A stretch of DNA of 64,000 nt from Podarcis muralis (taxonomy: Eukaryota), in assembly GCF_964188315.1 (NCBI RefSeq), contig NC_135664.1:31806001-31870000 (forward strand), written 5' to 3'. How positions within the stretch are numbered: position 1 is the stretch's first letter; every line of letters starts with the position of its first letter. A program made the translations under genes and the position numbers. Shown here one piece after another: positions 1 through 10,584 of the stretch. The notes below the pieces were generated by a model. That model was not told the origin of the DNA. It searched no databases and saw nothing but the letters and a program-made list of their open reading frames with translations.

Positions 1-441
1 TTCAAGCCTTTGGGAGCTTCAGCTTGCACCTGCCATCTATGAAGCCACATGCAACATGAAACAAAGGTTAATGAATCCTTAAACAGACAATTGCAATGTC
101 TCCAATAAGTTGTTTTCACAAACCTTTTATTTATATGTTATTAGTGAAATGCAGGGATCCCCAGTTGCCACTCAGTTACTCTGCCACACAGAACTCTCTT
201 CGAGCCAGCTGAGGTTTGTAAGAAGTGTTCTAGAAACTAAGGAAACTCACTACCAGGAATTTTAACATTCATTGGTCTAATGATGAATATTTCCTTACTT
301 CCTCTTCGTTTTTGTTAAAACATTGATTGCAGACAATCTTTTGCATTATACAAGTCTACAAGCATTCCCCCCACAATACTACTTGTTAACTGGAAGATCC
401 AATTTATGCATATTAATTTTCTCCACTTCTGCTTCATTTAG

Positions 442-505
442 GGATAAATTACAGAACCTCCATTTGAGGAATAACTCTCATTTAAATCAACGTGACACAA
501 AAAAG
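442..505 (+). CDS. Candidate exon of a putative nested gene (DKLQNLHLRNNSHLNQRDTKK)
   Basis: Acceptor ttttctccacttctgcttcatttag, donor AAG|gtcagt. 64 nt, phase 2 to 0, compatible with a candidate micro-exon at 192-213. Confidence 0.38.
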
Positions 506-1091
506 GTCAGTCCCAGAGTTCTCAACCTTGATTCTAATGAATCAGGGGAATAAAGACCTCCAATATTCTGATTCTACACAGGAGTAAGGGGGGCACACTT
601 CAATATTCTGTTTCCTCTCCAGGAAGGAAAACAGGTTTCCACAGAGCACAAGTGCTCATCATTCTATAAATGATGCCTTCATCTTAGTGGTCAGAAAGTT
701 CGTGATACCTAGCTAATGGCTGGAGCTCTCAGGCCTTAGGATTCTGAAACAGTGAGTGGAGGGGCAGGAGGAATTCTAAAAGCTGCAGAGCAGTCAAAAA
801 TTATATTTAAAGAAGATCTCAAAACCCAAGTTTTGTAAACATCTAATATGGTATCCAATGTAACTTATCAGTTCACTCCATTGCTGATATCCATAAGGAC
901 AGAAGCTACATATTATCCAGTCATTTTTGGTTAGATGATTAACGCTAATGCATATGGAAATATGACAAGTTTATTTTCATTAAAGGGTTTCACTCCTTTT
1001 AATTAATTTATGTATTCAAGGGATTTACAAGGCCTTGAGATTAGCAATTGAGATGTAAAATTGTTGTTTTCTTGAGAATTATTTTTTCTAG

Positions 1092-1183
1092 AAGAGCAAA
1101 GATGTGTACACGTACAAACAGATGGATATGAGAATGCTAAGAAACTCAAAATTCAAAACGCAAAGAGAACTTTTATCAATTCT
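1092..1183 (+). CDS. Candidate exon of a putative nested gene (KSKDVYTYKQMDMRMLRNSKFKTQRELLSI)
   Basis: Acceptor attttttctag, weak donor TCT|gtatat. 92 nt, phase 0 to 2. Confidence 0.3.
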
Positions 1184-2025
1184 GTATATGAGAACTTAAG
1201 TGTACACAACGTGATTACATTCTGTCTTATAAAACCCATAAAACTCTTTCTCATCACAAAGCATTTAGCTTCTTCATGACACTGTGAATTATTTAAATCA
1301 TTATTAAGGCTTCATCTGAAAGTAATCTGCAACATTCCCTGTAGCAGCTCCACCGTGCAGATAGCTATGTGCAAAATTCTTAGATCATTTCTTTATGAAA
1401 AATATTTTAAAGGTTCACAGTTACTTGTTTTATAGTTTTAATTTAAACAGAAATGAAGGTAATATTTTGCTGTGTGTCTCAGAATGCAAGTTCTTAAGGC
1501 CTTGGGCAAATGCTAACTACAATTTTGGGTTTCCTTTTAAATCATAGAAGAAAATATATTGAAAAAGCTTGGTTTAATGCATTATTAGCTAGTCCTACAC
1601 ATGCAAGAATTGTCCATTAGAGTACAATGCATATGCTGTGTCTGAACCAATATTAAAATTAATCGACTTCTTTTTTTTTTTTAAATATTTTTTATTGCTT
1701 TGTTTTCCAAGGTCGAGATACATTGTCAATAACTCAACAAAAGCCGTTTTTTACAGAAAAGAAAGAAAAGAAAACAAATAGAAGCAAGGACAAAACTCCT
1801 TCTTCCAAATCTTTTTTCATTATCCATTGGACTTCCCCACCTCCTCCATCTCTGTATTTTTATAATAAAGGTTATATAGCAAATTGTTACCTTGTTTCGT
1901 ATATTATTCTACTTTCATCTAATTATTGATTTTGAAAAATTTAAGCTTTTCTCAATCATAACTCAATCATAATCATATCCGAATTTCAATAATGAAGCAT
2001 GTTTTCCTCAAAACTTAGCAAATTC

Positions 2026-5000
2026 TCAACATTCAAATAATTTATAATGTTTTTGTAGATAGTCCTTAAATTTTCTCCAATCCTCTTCCACTGCATCTTC
2101 TCCTCTGTCTCGAATTCTGCCGGTCATCTCAGCCAGTTCCATATAGTCCATCAGTTGCGTGTGCCACTCTTCCAGTGTGGGTAATTCCTGTGCCTTCCAG
2201 TGTTTAGCTAGTAAAATTCTTGCTGCTGTAGTTGCATATAAAAAGAAAGTCCTATCCTTCTTTAACACTCTCTGGCCCACAATGCCCAAAAGGAAGGCCT
2301 CTGGTTTCTTCTGAAAGGTATATCTAAATACCTTTTTCAGCTCGTTATAAATCATTTCCCAAAAGGCCTTCACCCTCGGGCATGTCCACCAGAGGTGAAA
2401 GAACGTTCCCTCAGCCTCTTTGCATTTCCAACATTTATTATCAGACAAATGGTATATCTTTGCCAATTTGACTGGGGTCATGTACCACCTGTATATCATT
2501 TTCATGATGTTTTCTTTTAAGGCACTACATGCCGTGAATTTCATACTGGTGGTCCATAACCTTTCCCAGTCTTCAAACATAATGTTGTACCCGATGTCTT
2601 GTGCCCATTTTATCATGGCTGATTTAACTAACTCATCTTGAGTATTCCATTTAAGCAACAAATTGTACATTCTTGAAAGCACTTTCGTCTTAGGTTCAAG
2701 TAGTTCTGACTCTAGTTTTGATTTTTCCACCTGGAAGCCAATTTTTTTGTCTTTTTTGAAAATTTCTAAAATTTGGGCGTAATGAAACCAGTCTCGCACC
2801 TTCCCTTTAAGTTTTTCAAAACTCTGCAGCCTCCAAGTATCATCCACTTTTTCAATTATTTCACAGTATTTTGCCCAGCCACCCCCCATATTAAGAATCT
2901 TAATGGCCTTAGCCTCCATCGGTGACAACCACCTCGGAGTCTTGTTTTCAAGTAAGTCCTTGTATTTAGTCCAGACAATAAACAGAGATTTCCTGACAAT
3001 ATGGTTTTTAAATAGCTTATGAGACTTTACCTTGTCATACCACAGATATGCATGCCACCCGAAAGCATTGTTAAACCCTTCCAAATCTAGGACATCGGTG
3101 TTTTCTAACAAAAACCAGTCTTTCATCCAGCAGAAGGATGCAGCTTCATAGTATAACCTTAAGTCCGGCAGGGCAAATCCCCCTCTTTCCTTTGCATCTG
3201 TTAATATTTTAAATTTTATTCGGGGCTTTTTGCCCTGCCAGACAAACTTCGCTATGTCCCTCTGCCACTTTCCAAAACACTCCACCCTGTCCACGATCTG
3301 CAGGGCCTGAAATAAAAACAACATTTTTGGCAATACATTCATCTTAACAGCTGCAATTCTTCCCAACAAGGAAAGTTTCAATCTTGACCAGATTTCTAGG
3401 TCCTTTTTGATTTCAGACCAACATTTTTCATAATTATCTTTAAACAAATTCAAATTTTTCCCGGTCAGGTTAACCCCCAGGTATTTCACTTTTTTAACCA
3501 CGTTTAATTCAGTTTCCTTCTGAAACCCATCTATTTCTAAAGGTGTCAAATTTTTTGCCAAAACCTTGGTTTTTTGTTTGTTTAACTTAAATCCCGCCAC
3601 CCGACCAAACTCAGAAATTAATTCCAAAGCTCTTTTAGTACTAGGCACTGGCTCCTGTAATGTCAATACCACATCATCCGCAAAGGCCTTCAGTTTATAT
3701 TGTTTTCTACCGACCTGTATTCCTTCTACCTGCTGGTCCTTTCTGATCAGGTTCAGCAAAACCTCCAGGACCGAAATAAATAGCAAGGGTGATAAGGGGC
3801 ACCCCTGTCGTGTTCCTTTTTCAATTTTGAACTCTTCTGACACCACATTGTTTACTATCAATTTAGCTTTTTGTTCTGAATAGATCGCTTCAATACCATT
3901 TTGAAATGCCCTTCCCACTCCCATCCCTTCTAAATTTCTCTTCATAAATTTCCAAGATATGTTGTCAAAGGCCTTCTCCGCATCTATAAATATCAAAGCT
4001 GCTTTCGTATTCAAATTTGTCTGTAGTAGTTCCAAAACATCCAAAATGTTCCTGGTATTGTCAGACAAATGTCTACCAGGGAGAAAGCCTGCTTGGTCTT
4101 TATGAATTACTTCATTTAAAACTTTTTTCAGCCTGTTTGCCAAAATATCAGCGAAAATCTTGTAATCCACGTTTAGGAGTGAGATAGGGCGATAGTTCTT
4201 CAATTGGGTCTTTTCAGATTCTGATTTTGGTATCAACGTGATGAATGCCTCTTTCCACGATTCTGGTGCTCCCTTCCCTTCCATTATTTGGTTGCATACC
4301 TCCAACAATGGTTGAATCAGATGTTCCTTCAGTGTCTTGTAATATTTGGAGGTAAGTCCATCTGGGCCCGGAGATTTGCCTAATTGCATGTTCTGAATGG
4401 CACTTCCGATTTCTTGTTCTGTTATTTTGTAATTCAGGGTTATTTGTTTATCTTGAGTCAATTTTTGCAGGCCATAACTTTTTACAAATTTATTTATCTC
4501 CTGCTCTTCTTGATGACCTTGTGTGAACAATTTTTTAAAATATCTCTGGAAGCACTTTCTAATTTCCTCAGGTTTCTGGATACATTCACCTTCAACCTCT
4601 AGATTGGTAACAAAGTTCAGTTTCTGTCTCTTTTTCAACTGCCATGACAGTAACTTCCCACATTTGTTTGCCGATTCAAATGATCTTTGTTTCATCTGTT
4701 TAATCTTCCATTCTACTTCTTGATTCATCAATTTCGCAAATTGTGTTTGATGGAATTTTATTTCTCTTAAAATTTCTTTTGATTTTGGATTCAATCTCAA
4801 CCTTTTCTCTCCATCCTTTATCTTCTCCAAGATCTTATCTTTTTTACCATTCCAGAGTTTTTTCCTGATAGTGTTCTGTTGTATCAGGAACCCTCTCATA
4901 ACAGCTTTACTTGCGTCCCAGATTGTTTTTTTCTCCACCGAGGTATTCAAATTAATTTCAAAATAGTCCTTCATCGTTTTTTGGGCCTTCTTCACAATCT

Positions 5001-5070
5001 CCTGATCTCTGAACAAGGAGTCATTCATTCTCCATCTAAAGGATCCAGTTGGTATGAGTCTCAAGTCCAT
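2026..5070 (-). CDS. L1 ORF2 reverse transcriptase plus C-terminal zinc knuckle portion (1014 aa)
   Basis: RT motifs KSPGPDG, YRPISLLN, QAGF, DAEKAFD, GTRQGCPLSP and FADD. Zinc knuckle CWKC-x7-H-x4-C. No internal stops. Confidence 0.95.
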   Translation of the reverse strand: MDLRLIPTGSFRWRMNDSLFRDQEIVKKAQKTMKDYFEINLNTSVEKKTIWDASKAVMRGFLIQQNTIRKKLWNGKKDKILEKIKDGEKRLRLNPKSKEILREIKFHQTQFAKLMNQEVEWKIKQMKQRSFESANKCGKLLSWQLKKRQKLNFVTNLEVEGECIQKPEEIRKCFQRYFKKLFTQGHQEEQEINKFVKSYGLQKLTQDKQITLNYKITEQEIGSAIQNMQLGKSPGPDGLTSKYYKTLKEHLIQPLLEVCNQIMEGKGAPESWKEAFITLIPKSESEKTQLKNYRPISLLNVDYKIFADILANRLKKVLNEVIHKDQAGFLPGRHLSDNTRNILDVLELLQTNLNTKAALIFIDAEKAFDNISWKFMKRNLEGMGVGRAFQNGIEAIYSEQKAKLIVNNVVSEEFKIEKGTRQGCPLSPLLFISVLEVLLNLIRKDQQVEGIQVGRKQYKLKAFADDVVLTLQEPVPSTKRALELISEFGRVAGFKLNKQKTKVLAKNLTPLEIDGFQKETELNVVKKVKYLGVNLTGKNLNLFKDNYEKCWSEIKKDLEIWSRLKLSLLGRIAAVKMNVLPKMLFLFQALQIVDRVECFGKWQRDIAKFVWQGKKPRIKFKILTDAKERGGFALPDLRLYYEAASFCWMKDWFLLENTDVLDLEGFNNAFGWHAYLWYDKVKSHKLFKNHIVRKSLFIVWTKYKDLLENKTPRWLSPMEAKAIKILNMGGGWAKYCEIIEKVDDTWRLQSFEKLKGKVRDWFHYAQILEIFKKDKKIGFQVEKSKLESELLEPKTKVLSRMYNLLLKWNTQDELVKSAMIKWAQDIGYNIMFEDWERLWTTSMKFTACSALKENIMKMIYRWYMTPVKLAKIYHLSDNKCWKCKEAEGTFFHLWWTCPRVKAFWEMIYNELKKVFRYTFQKKPEAFLLGIVGQRVLKKDRTFFLYATTAARILLAKHWKAQELPTLEEWHTQLMDYMELAEMTGRIRDRGEDAVEEDWRKFKDYLQKHYKLFEC

Positions 5071-5767
5071 TTTTAAGGCATTTATGGTCGGAGCAAGTTT
5101 TGGGACAAATCTCTATTTTTTTAGTTTTAGGTGCCAGTCCTCTAGACACCCAAATTTGGTCGATTCGTGTCCAAGATAGGTGGGCCTCAGAAAAGAATGT
5201 TCCCTCTTTGCCTAGAGGGTTTTTTGTTCTCCAAATGTCAATCAAGTCCATATTGTCTGTAAGTTCGAAGAAAGTCTTTGGTAGTCTGCCTTCTTTAGTC
5301 AGGTTTTGGTTTTGTGACTTATCCATATGTGTGGAGACAACTCCATTCATATCTCCCATCAAAATGATGTTGTTGTAGTCAATATAGTCCAGCATTATCT
5401 CATGCAGTTTCTTGTAGAATTCTGATTTCCCATCATTAGGTGCGTAGATTCCTACTATCAGGAATTTTTCTCCTTGTAATTGTATTTCAATCGCCAAAAT
5501 TCTGCCTTGTTCATCTTTAAATACAAATTTTGGCACTAGGTTCTCTTTTACATATATCACTACTCCTCTTTTCTTTACTTTATCTGATGAAATAAATTCT
5601 TGGCCTAGTCTCTTGTTTATCAATACTCTTCTATGGAGCCTAGTTACATGGGTTTCCTGTAGGCATATAACATCTAGTTGTTCTTTCTTTAATATATGGA
5701 AGATCCTCTTCCTTTTTTCAGGGGAATTTGCACCATGAATGTTCCAACTAAGAAGCTGCAGAGACAT
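5036..5767 (-). CDS. L1 ORF2 APE endonuclease portion (frame shifts after SDH)
   Basis: APE motifs SWNIHG, CLQETH, GIYAPN, GDMN, RIDQIW and CSDH are present. The frame is lost just after SDH at ~5081-5083. Confidence 0.93.
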   Translation of the reverse strand: MSLQLLSWNIHGANSPEKRKRIFHILKKEQLDVICLQETHVTRLHRRVLINKRLGQEFISSDKVKKRGVVIYVKENLVPKFVFKDEQGRILAIEIQLQGEKFLIVGIYAPNDGKSEFYKKLHEIMLDYIDYNNIILMGDMNGVVSTHMDKSQNQNLTKEGRLPKTFFELTDNMDLIDIWRTKNPLGKEGTFFSEAHLSWTRIDQIWVSRGLAPKTKKIEICPKTCSDHKCLKNGLETHTNWIL

Positions 5768-5780
5768 CCTGGATCTGTTG

Positions 5781-6812
5781 TCAGTCAGTGGGTTTGTCTC
5801 CCTTGTTATCTATGTCTAGAGGTGGATCTTTTGCGTCAGGCGTGGGGTGTGACCAGTCACTTGCTGTTCCTTTTCGGAGGTCTTCCCCGTAGTCACTTAG
5901 GAACTTATCTTGCTCCTCTGTTGATCTGATTCTAACTTTCTTCCCTTTCAAGTTAAAAGATAATCCTTGCGGGAATTCCCACCTGTAGCGGATTGAGTTG
6001 TTTCTCAGCAGTCTTGCTAGGTCTTTATATGTAGTTCTTAAATCCAACAGCTGTTTTGGTATATCTCTGAAGATTTCTGCGGTCTTTCCCTGTACCACCA
6101 ATGGATTTTTAAAGTGTAGGCCAAGTATGTTATCTTTTTCTTGCTTGTATCTCAAAATGATCAAGCAATCTCTTGGTTTATCCTTCCTGGCCACACTTCC
6201 CAATCTAAAGGCGGTAACAATTGTAAAGTCCTTCTCCTTCACCAGACCCCAGAATTTGGATATTTCTGCGGTCAAGAAGTCAACCAGATCTTCCTTTTCT
6301 TGTTCTGGGATATTTCTAATCCTAAGATTGCTCTCCCGGTTTTTCAATTCTGCCATTGACAGATAGGCCTGTTGTTCAGTGATCTGTCTACTCAGTGGTC
6401 TTACTTCCCCTCTTAATTCCTCTATCTCTTTTTTATTTTGGTCAGCTTTTGCATTCACTTCCTCGACCAGTCTTCGATTTTCTGTCGCCGTCTTCCCGAT
6501 ATCTCCTATCGCCTGTGTGTTCTGGGCTACTTGGTCTGTCAATTTATTAATTGTAGCTGTCACTTGGTCAAATTTAATCGCTTGATCATCGGCCTTCTTG
6601 TTTAATGCAGCCAGTTGCTCCAATATTTCTTTAGAAACAGGGTCTAGCCCTCCTGCAGCCATGTCCTCCAAAGCTGGCTGTTTGGATTTTTCTTCCTGCA
6701 AGCCTGTCACAATTGGGACAGATGATCTACGTGTCTGAACCGGCAAAGTTGCTTGCATTAATTCAAGCTGTTTTGCTCTCTTGCCAGCCCTTGTTTTTCC
6801 AGCACCACTCAT
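5781..6812 (-). CDS. L1 ORF1p (343 aa; coiled coil, RRM, CTD)
   Basis: Intact ATG-to-TGA ORF. Heptad-rich region is followed by NRESNLRIRNIPE, AFRLG, PRDCLI and YRWEFP motifs typical of L1 ORF1. A 13-nt spacer separates it from ORF2. Confidence 0.93.
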   Translation of the reverse strand: MSGAGKTRAGKRAKQLELMQATLPVQTRRSSVPIVTGLQEEKSKQPALEDMAAGGLDPVSKEILEQLAALNKKADDQAIKFDQVTATINKLTDQVAQNTQAIGDIGKTATENRRLVEEVNAKADQNKKEIEELRGEVRPLSRQITEQQAYLSMAELKNRESNLRIRNIPEQEKEDLVDFLTAEISKFWGLVKEKDFTIVTAFRLGSVARKDKPRDCLIILRYKQEKDNILGLHFKNPLVVQGKTAEIFRDIPKQLLDLRTTYKDLARLLRNNSIRYRWEFPQGLSFNLKGKKVRIRSTEEQDKFLSDYGEDLRKGTASDWSHPTPDAKDPPLDIDNKGDKPTD

Positions 6813-7782
6813 TCCACAGCTGTCAAGGCTTCAAGGTCAAATTATAAATCCCATGGGAAAGGCAATCCAAAAGGAAAGTAAACATCCAACCATAAAAATT
6901 TCAAAACAACCCGCAGTTCTCAGAGGTTAATATTTCCACAATCCAGCAGGGGGAGCTCCCTAAAAGTTCAGGGAAGATGGAATTTTCCACCAGTAAGTTC
7001 CCAAATGGAGTAATGTCCAAAATAAAGGGGAGACCCTTTAAGTTCACATTGAACAGCAGAGAATAACGATTTTTTGTCAGAATAAGTGCAACAGTTCCTT
7101 TCTTGTAGCTTTCAGAATAGCCCAGTAAAACTTTGTATCTCTGTATACTGTCAACGCAGTCTGACAGTCTGATGTTACTTTGTAATCCAGCAGCCCGAGA
7201 GAGCAGGGTCTCGCAACTTTGTAATCCACTAACAATGGGAGGAAATAGCACAGTCTCTATCCACTTATAGCACAGTTATAGCTTATCTTTAACTTTAAAG
7301 CTTCAAATCTGAATTTGCAAGGTAAATTCCAACTTCTTTTAACCTCCTGTCAGCGCTTCAATTTTAAAGGGACTTTGCTCAGTACTTTAAACAGAGACGG
7401 AAGGCTGACTTCCTTTTTAGCGTCTCCCGTTTTCAGCCAAATTGCAAAGATTTTGTTGTTCCTCTTAAATAGAGTCCCAAATTTCTTACTCACGAGTATG
7501 TAGCTTCAAATTGATTAATCGTAGAAGAAAGGTCAGCGCTCATCAGCAGCAGCCGCGCGGCTTCACTTCCGCGGAAAGAGCGATGGATTCACAGCACCGC
7601 TACCCCCTCCACGTTCCGGAGCCCCTTACGGGGTCCCTTCTGCGCTTCTGGGGTCGCTTCTGGTACCCGCCGAATCCCACGGCCACGGGCTCACTCTACC
7701 CGTGGTTTTTCTTGCTGGGTCGTCGCTGTGCCGCAGCGCACGACCCTTTTCCGCGGAGCCCCCCTTCAGAGACTGAAGAGGA

Positions 7783-7815
7783 CCGCCATTGCTGTTTCGC
7801 GCCGCCTCCGGAAGT
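7783..7815 (-). promoter_or_regulatory. L1 internal promoter 5' end with ETS-like (CCGGAAGT, 7808-7815) and YY1-like (CCGCCATTG, 7783-7791) motifs
   Basis: Motifs read directly in the first ~35 bp of the element, inside a CpG-rich segment. Function is inferred by analogy to the YY1 site of mammalian L1. Confidence 0.5.
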
Positions 7816-8094
7816 CAAAAATTAATCGACTTCTAACCATTTTAGTTGTGTCATTTACATTGAATTTTCCATACTACACCATGAAAGGTGAATTTTGGAA
7901 TTCACTATACTGCTTATATTTCATTGTTATGTTTGTTTGCACATCTCCTTGATAGTTTCTCTTTATAATTGGTTTTTATGTATTTCTGTCATTATAAGGA
8001 GGTTTCTATAGTATACAGTCACCAAGTCTTTCTATAGAATTCCTCCTGCCCTACATCTACATTATAATTGTCATGGACAATGGTACTGTGTACT

Positions 8095-8655
8095 TGTCAT
8101 GGACTGGCTGGATGCAGACGAGTGGTGGGAGGCCCCAGCTGAGGAACCCCCAAAGGAAGAAGGCTCAGAGCCAAAGGATTGGTGGTGGGATGATGATGAG
8201 GGGTCATAGGGTGAAGAGGGAGCAGATGGGAGGAGGAGGTGTCAGAAGCTGAAGAGATTACAGGATTTAGTGAGCAGGAAGTCTGTAGCAGGGGGCAGCC
8301 CAGAATCAGAGGCAGAAGCAGAGGCTGGAGAAGTCTCTGGTTGCACATCAGGGAAGGGGTGTGGCTTCGCATGTTGCTGCAGCTGCACCAAAGGGCACCA
8401 ACCTGGGAACAGCTGCCTAGATGCTATAACATGTGTGCATGTGTGTATTTGGAGCCCCATAGGATCTACTGGAAATTCTTGCTTTGGCAACAAAGAATTA
8501 ACTACCTGCTATGTGCATTTGATGGCCAGGGGCGCACAGGACAGCGTGGCTGTGGTAGTGGGCTGGCTGCTCAGGTCTTCAGTCAGGTCTGCTTATTTCT
8601 TATTAATTCAGGCTGTGCCTGGGGGTTCTTGCCTGCCTCATAGCAACTGTTAACA
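8095..8655 (+). mobile_element. Solo LTR (TGTCA...TAACA), purine-rich U3 family
   Basis: TG...CA termini. Alignable by eye with the LTR starting at 48044. TSD is imperfect (ACTT-like). Confidence 0.65.
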
Positions 8656-9685
8656 ACTTCTTGGTGGTTAAGGCACTGGGTCGGATCCTTAGTCAATTGG
8701 GTACCCCACTAAAGGGGTCCAGGAGGTGGTGTCTCTGTCTGGAAGTCTACACAGGAGCTGATGAGCCACCAAATGGCAATCCTGATAGGATTGTCCTGAT
8801 TTAATATATGTCACAGAGTGACCATTAATCCAGAGTCAACCCTGCAGGTGGACTAGTTGATTCTGCATACATACCTAACGTTTTTGCCCAAGCCTAATTT
8901 GTTCAATCTGTAATGGAAAAGAGTGACCTATTTTAACCCAATATTGATGTCCTATGTCTTTTGGGGGTGGGGCTGTCCCGTGCCTGGGCTCGCAATTATC
9001 CTTGCAGTCATGATTTAGACTAAATCACTCCTCTGTAGTGTTAAAGATCTACAGCATTCTGGATAGCTCTATGTAAGCTACTCACAGAAGTGCATGGTCA
9101 GCACATCATTGTGGTGTTGCTGTTTGTTTACTGTAAATGCAGCCCACCTAATTCCTGATTTGACATCCAGAGGATGATGAATAATTCAACCCTAGTTGAT
9201 GTATCTAAGCTACTTGCCTTTTCAATCACTTCATAGCACAGATCAACATGTAGCTCTTTGACTGCGTTGAGTTCAGTTTTTCATTTTTATTTCATTTATT
9301 AGATTTATTAGTCGCTCATCACCCAAAGGTCTCTAAGCGACTTACAACGAAAAAGAGGGGGGAAAGGTATACAATACATATCAGTTGGCACCCTTCAGCT
9401 CATTGCCAACTTTATAACAAGATATCCCTTTGTATTATATGGCCACATGAACCAAATACATCTTTGGAACACTGTGTGTTTGAATCTTCACCCTCCTTTA
9501 CTCATTTGTGTTTGAGATATGCAACTGTAGCTCTAAAGGGACGAGCAGCAAAAAGGTATAGGACCACACTATGCAAAAAACAAAACACAACAACCTAACA
9601 AATAAAACATGCAGAAGATCTCCTCTAGTTGAAAGCAGTGTCGATAACAGGTAGGAGAAATCCTTTGTCCAAGACCTTGGAGTAG

Positions 9686-9870
9686 ACCAGGGATGGTGAA
9701 CCAAAAGTCCAATTACATCTGGAGGACTCCAACTCCCATCAGTCCCAGTAAGCAATGCCAGTGGTCAGGGATGATGGGAATGACACTCAGGTTCCCCATT
9801 CCTAGATCAGACGGCATAGCAGCTTCTATAGTGCTGAGGAAATGTTGGGACTTAGTGGCACCAAGGAAGT
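9686..9870. mobile_element. Degenerate short squamate MITE-like repeat (aactcccatca...gatgatggga core)
   Basis: Internal inverted motif ctcccatc/gatggga. Similar to 10075-10200. Confidence 0.4.
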
Positions 9871-10074
9871 CTGCCTTCCATTATTGCAAATGATTAAACA
9901 TCAGTTTATACTTATGTGTGTACTTGTGTGTGACCTTGCCTTATCCCATGGCCATGGGCAAATTCCCCAATATTAAAAACCATTTGTAAGTATTTACTTC
10001 TCTCCGAAATAAGGAAAGCTAGAATATTAGCAAATGAAAATCTGAGCTGCTTGAGAGTTTATGCTTCAAATAAA

Positions 10075-10200
10075 CATATTCCAACATGGTGCCCTCCAGG
10101 TGTTGAACTACAGCTCTCATCACCCCTGTCCATTAGCCATGCTGGCTGAGACTAATGAGAGTTAATGTTCAGCAACATCTAGTGGCACCACATTTTGGAA
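10075..10200. mobile_element. Degenerate short squamate MITE-like repeat
   Basis: Core gaactacagctctcatca...ccatgctggctgagactaatgagagtt, the same family as 9686-9870. Confidence 0.4.
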
Positions 10201-10533
10201 TACAGTCTTAAAGTATCACAAGATTATGAAACACACAGCAAAAATCCTCAAAGTGAGTATGTTAGCCTTATATATCCAATAAATAAAAGCTGAAATCTCT
10301 GTTTCACTTGAGTTGCTTCCAGGCACTGTGTTTACTGTCCTTTAAGTGCAGCCCAGACTCTCCCCATCCTCTTTTTCACTAGACTAGGACTCTCACGGCA
10401 AACCTGTGTCTGAAGCTGTATACAACCCTGTTAAACCTGTTACATTACTAGCTCTATTGTGGAGTCTGAAAGAAGGTTCAACAGGATGCACACTAGCAGA
10501 AATACAAAAGAACTAAACAATAGTTTCTTTTAG

Positions 10534-10584
10534 GAGCTTGAAAAGGTCACTGCAACCTTCAAAGGAAATACAAATCACTTATCT
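10534..10584 (+). CDS. Candidate exon of a putative nested gene (51 nt; two frames open)
   Basis: Branch-like actaaac, acceptor gtttcttttag, donor TCT|gtatgc. Reads ELEKVTATFKGNTNHLS or SLKRSLQPSKEIQITY. Confidence 0.33.

Larger units (their letters stand above)
1672..7817 (-). mobile_element. Full-length L1-clade LINE (~6.15 kb) with 5' UTR, ORF1, ORF2, 3' UTR and polyA
   Basis: 17-bp TSD AAAATTAATCGACTTCT at 1655-1671 and 7818-7834. PolyA tail appears as a T-run from 1671, with AATAAA at 1691-1696 (minus). CpG-rich 5' end at ~7530-7817. Target site on the minus strand reads TT|AGAAG, like the L1 endonuclease consensus TT|AAAA. Confidence 0.97.

Noticed and set aside
623-751. Extra candidate exons (acceptor ctctccag at 622, donor gtgagt at 752)
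   Set aside because: Good individual signals but no stop-free exon joins them. Shows that splice-like motifs arise by chance here.
5071-5090. Programmed ribosomal frameshift between L1 endonuclease and RT
   Set aside because: No convincing slippery heptamer at the shift point, and L1 ORF2 is normally continuous. A single-base indel or sequencing error is simpler.
2420-6585. Plus-strand ORFs overlapping the L1
   Set aside because: Shadow frames opposite ORF1 and ORF2.
6901-7251. 116-aa upstream ORF in the L1 5' UTR
   Set aside because: GTG start and no recognisable domain. Needs conservation across copies before it can be supported.
7511-7825. Antisense ORF in the L1 5' UTR as an ORF0 analogue
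   Set aside because: TTG start, GC-rich sequence where open frames are expected by chance, runs past the element end, no recognisable motif.
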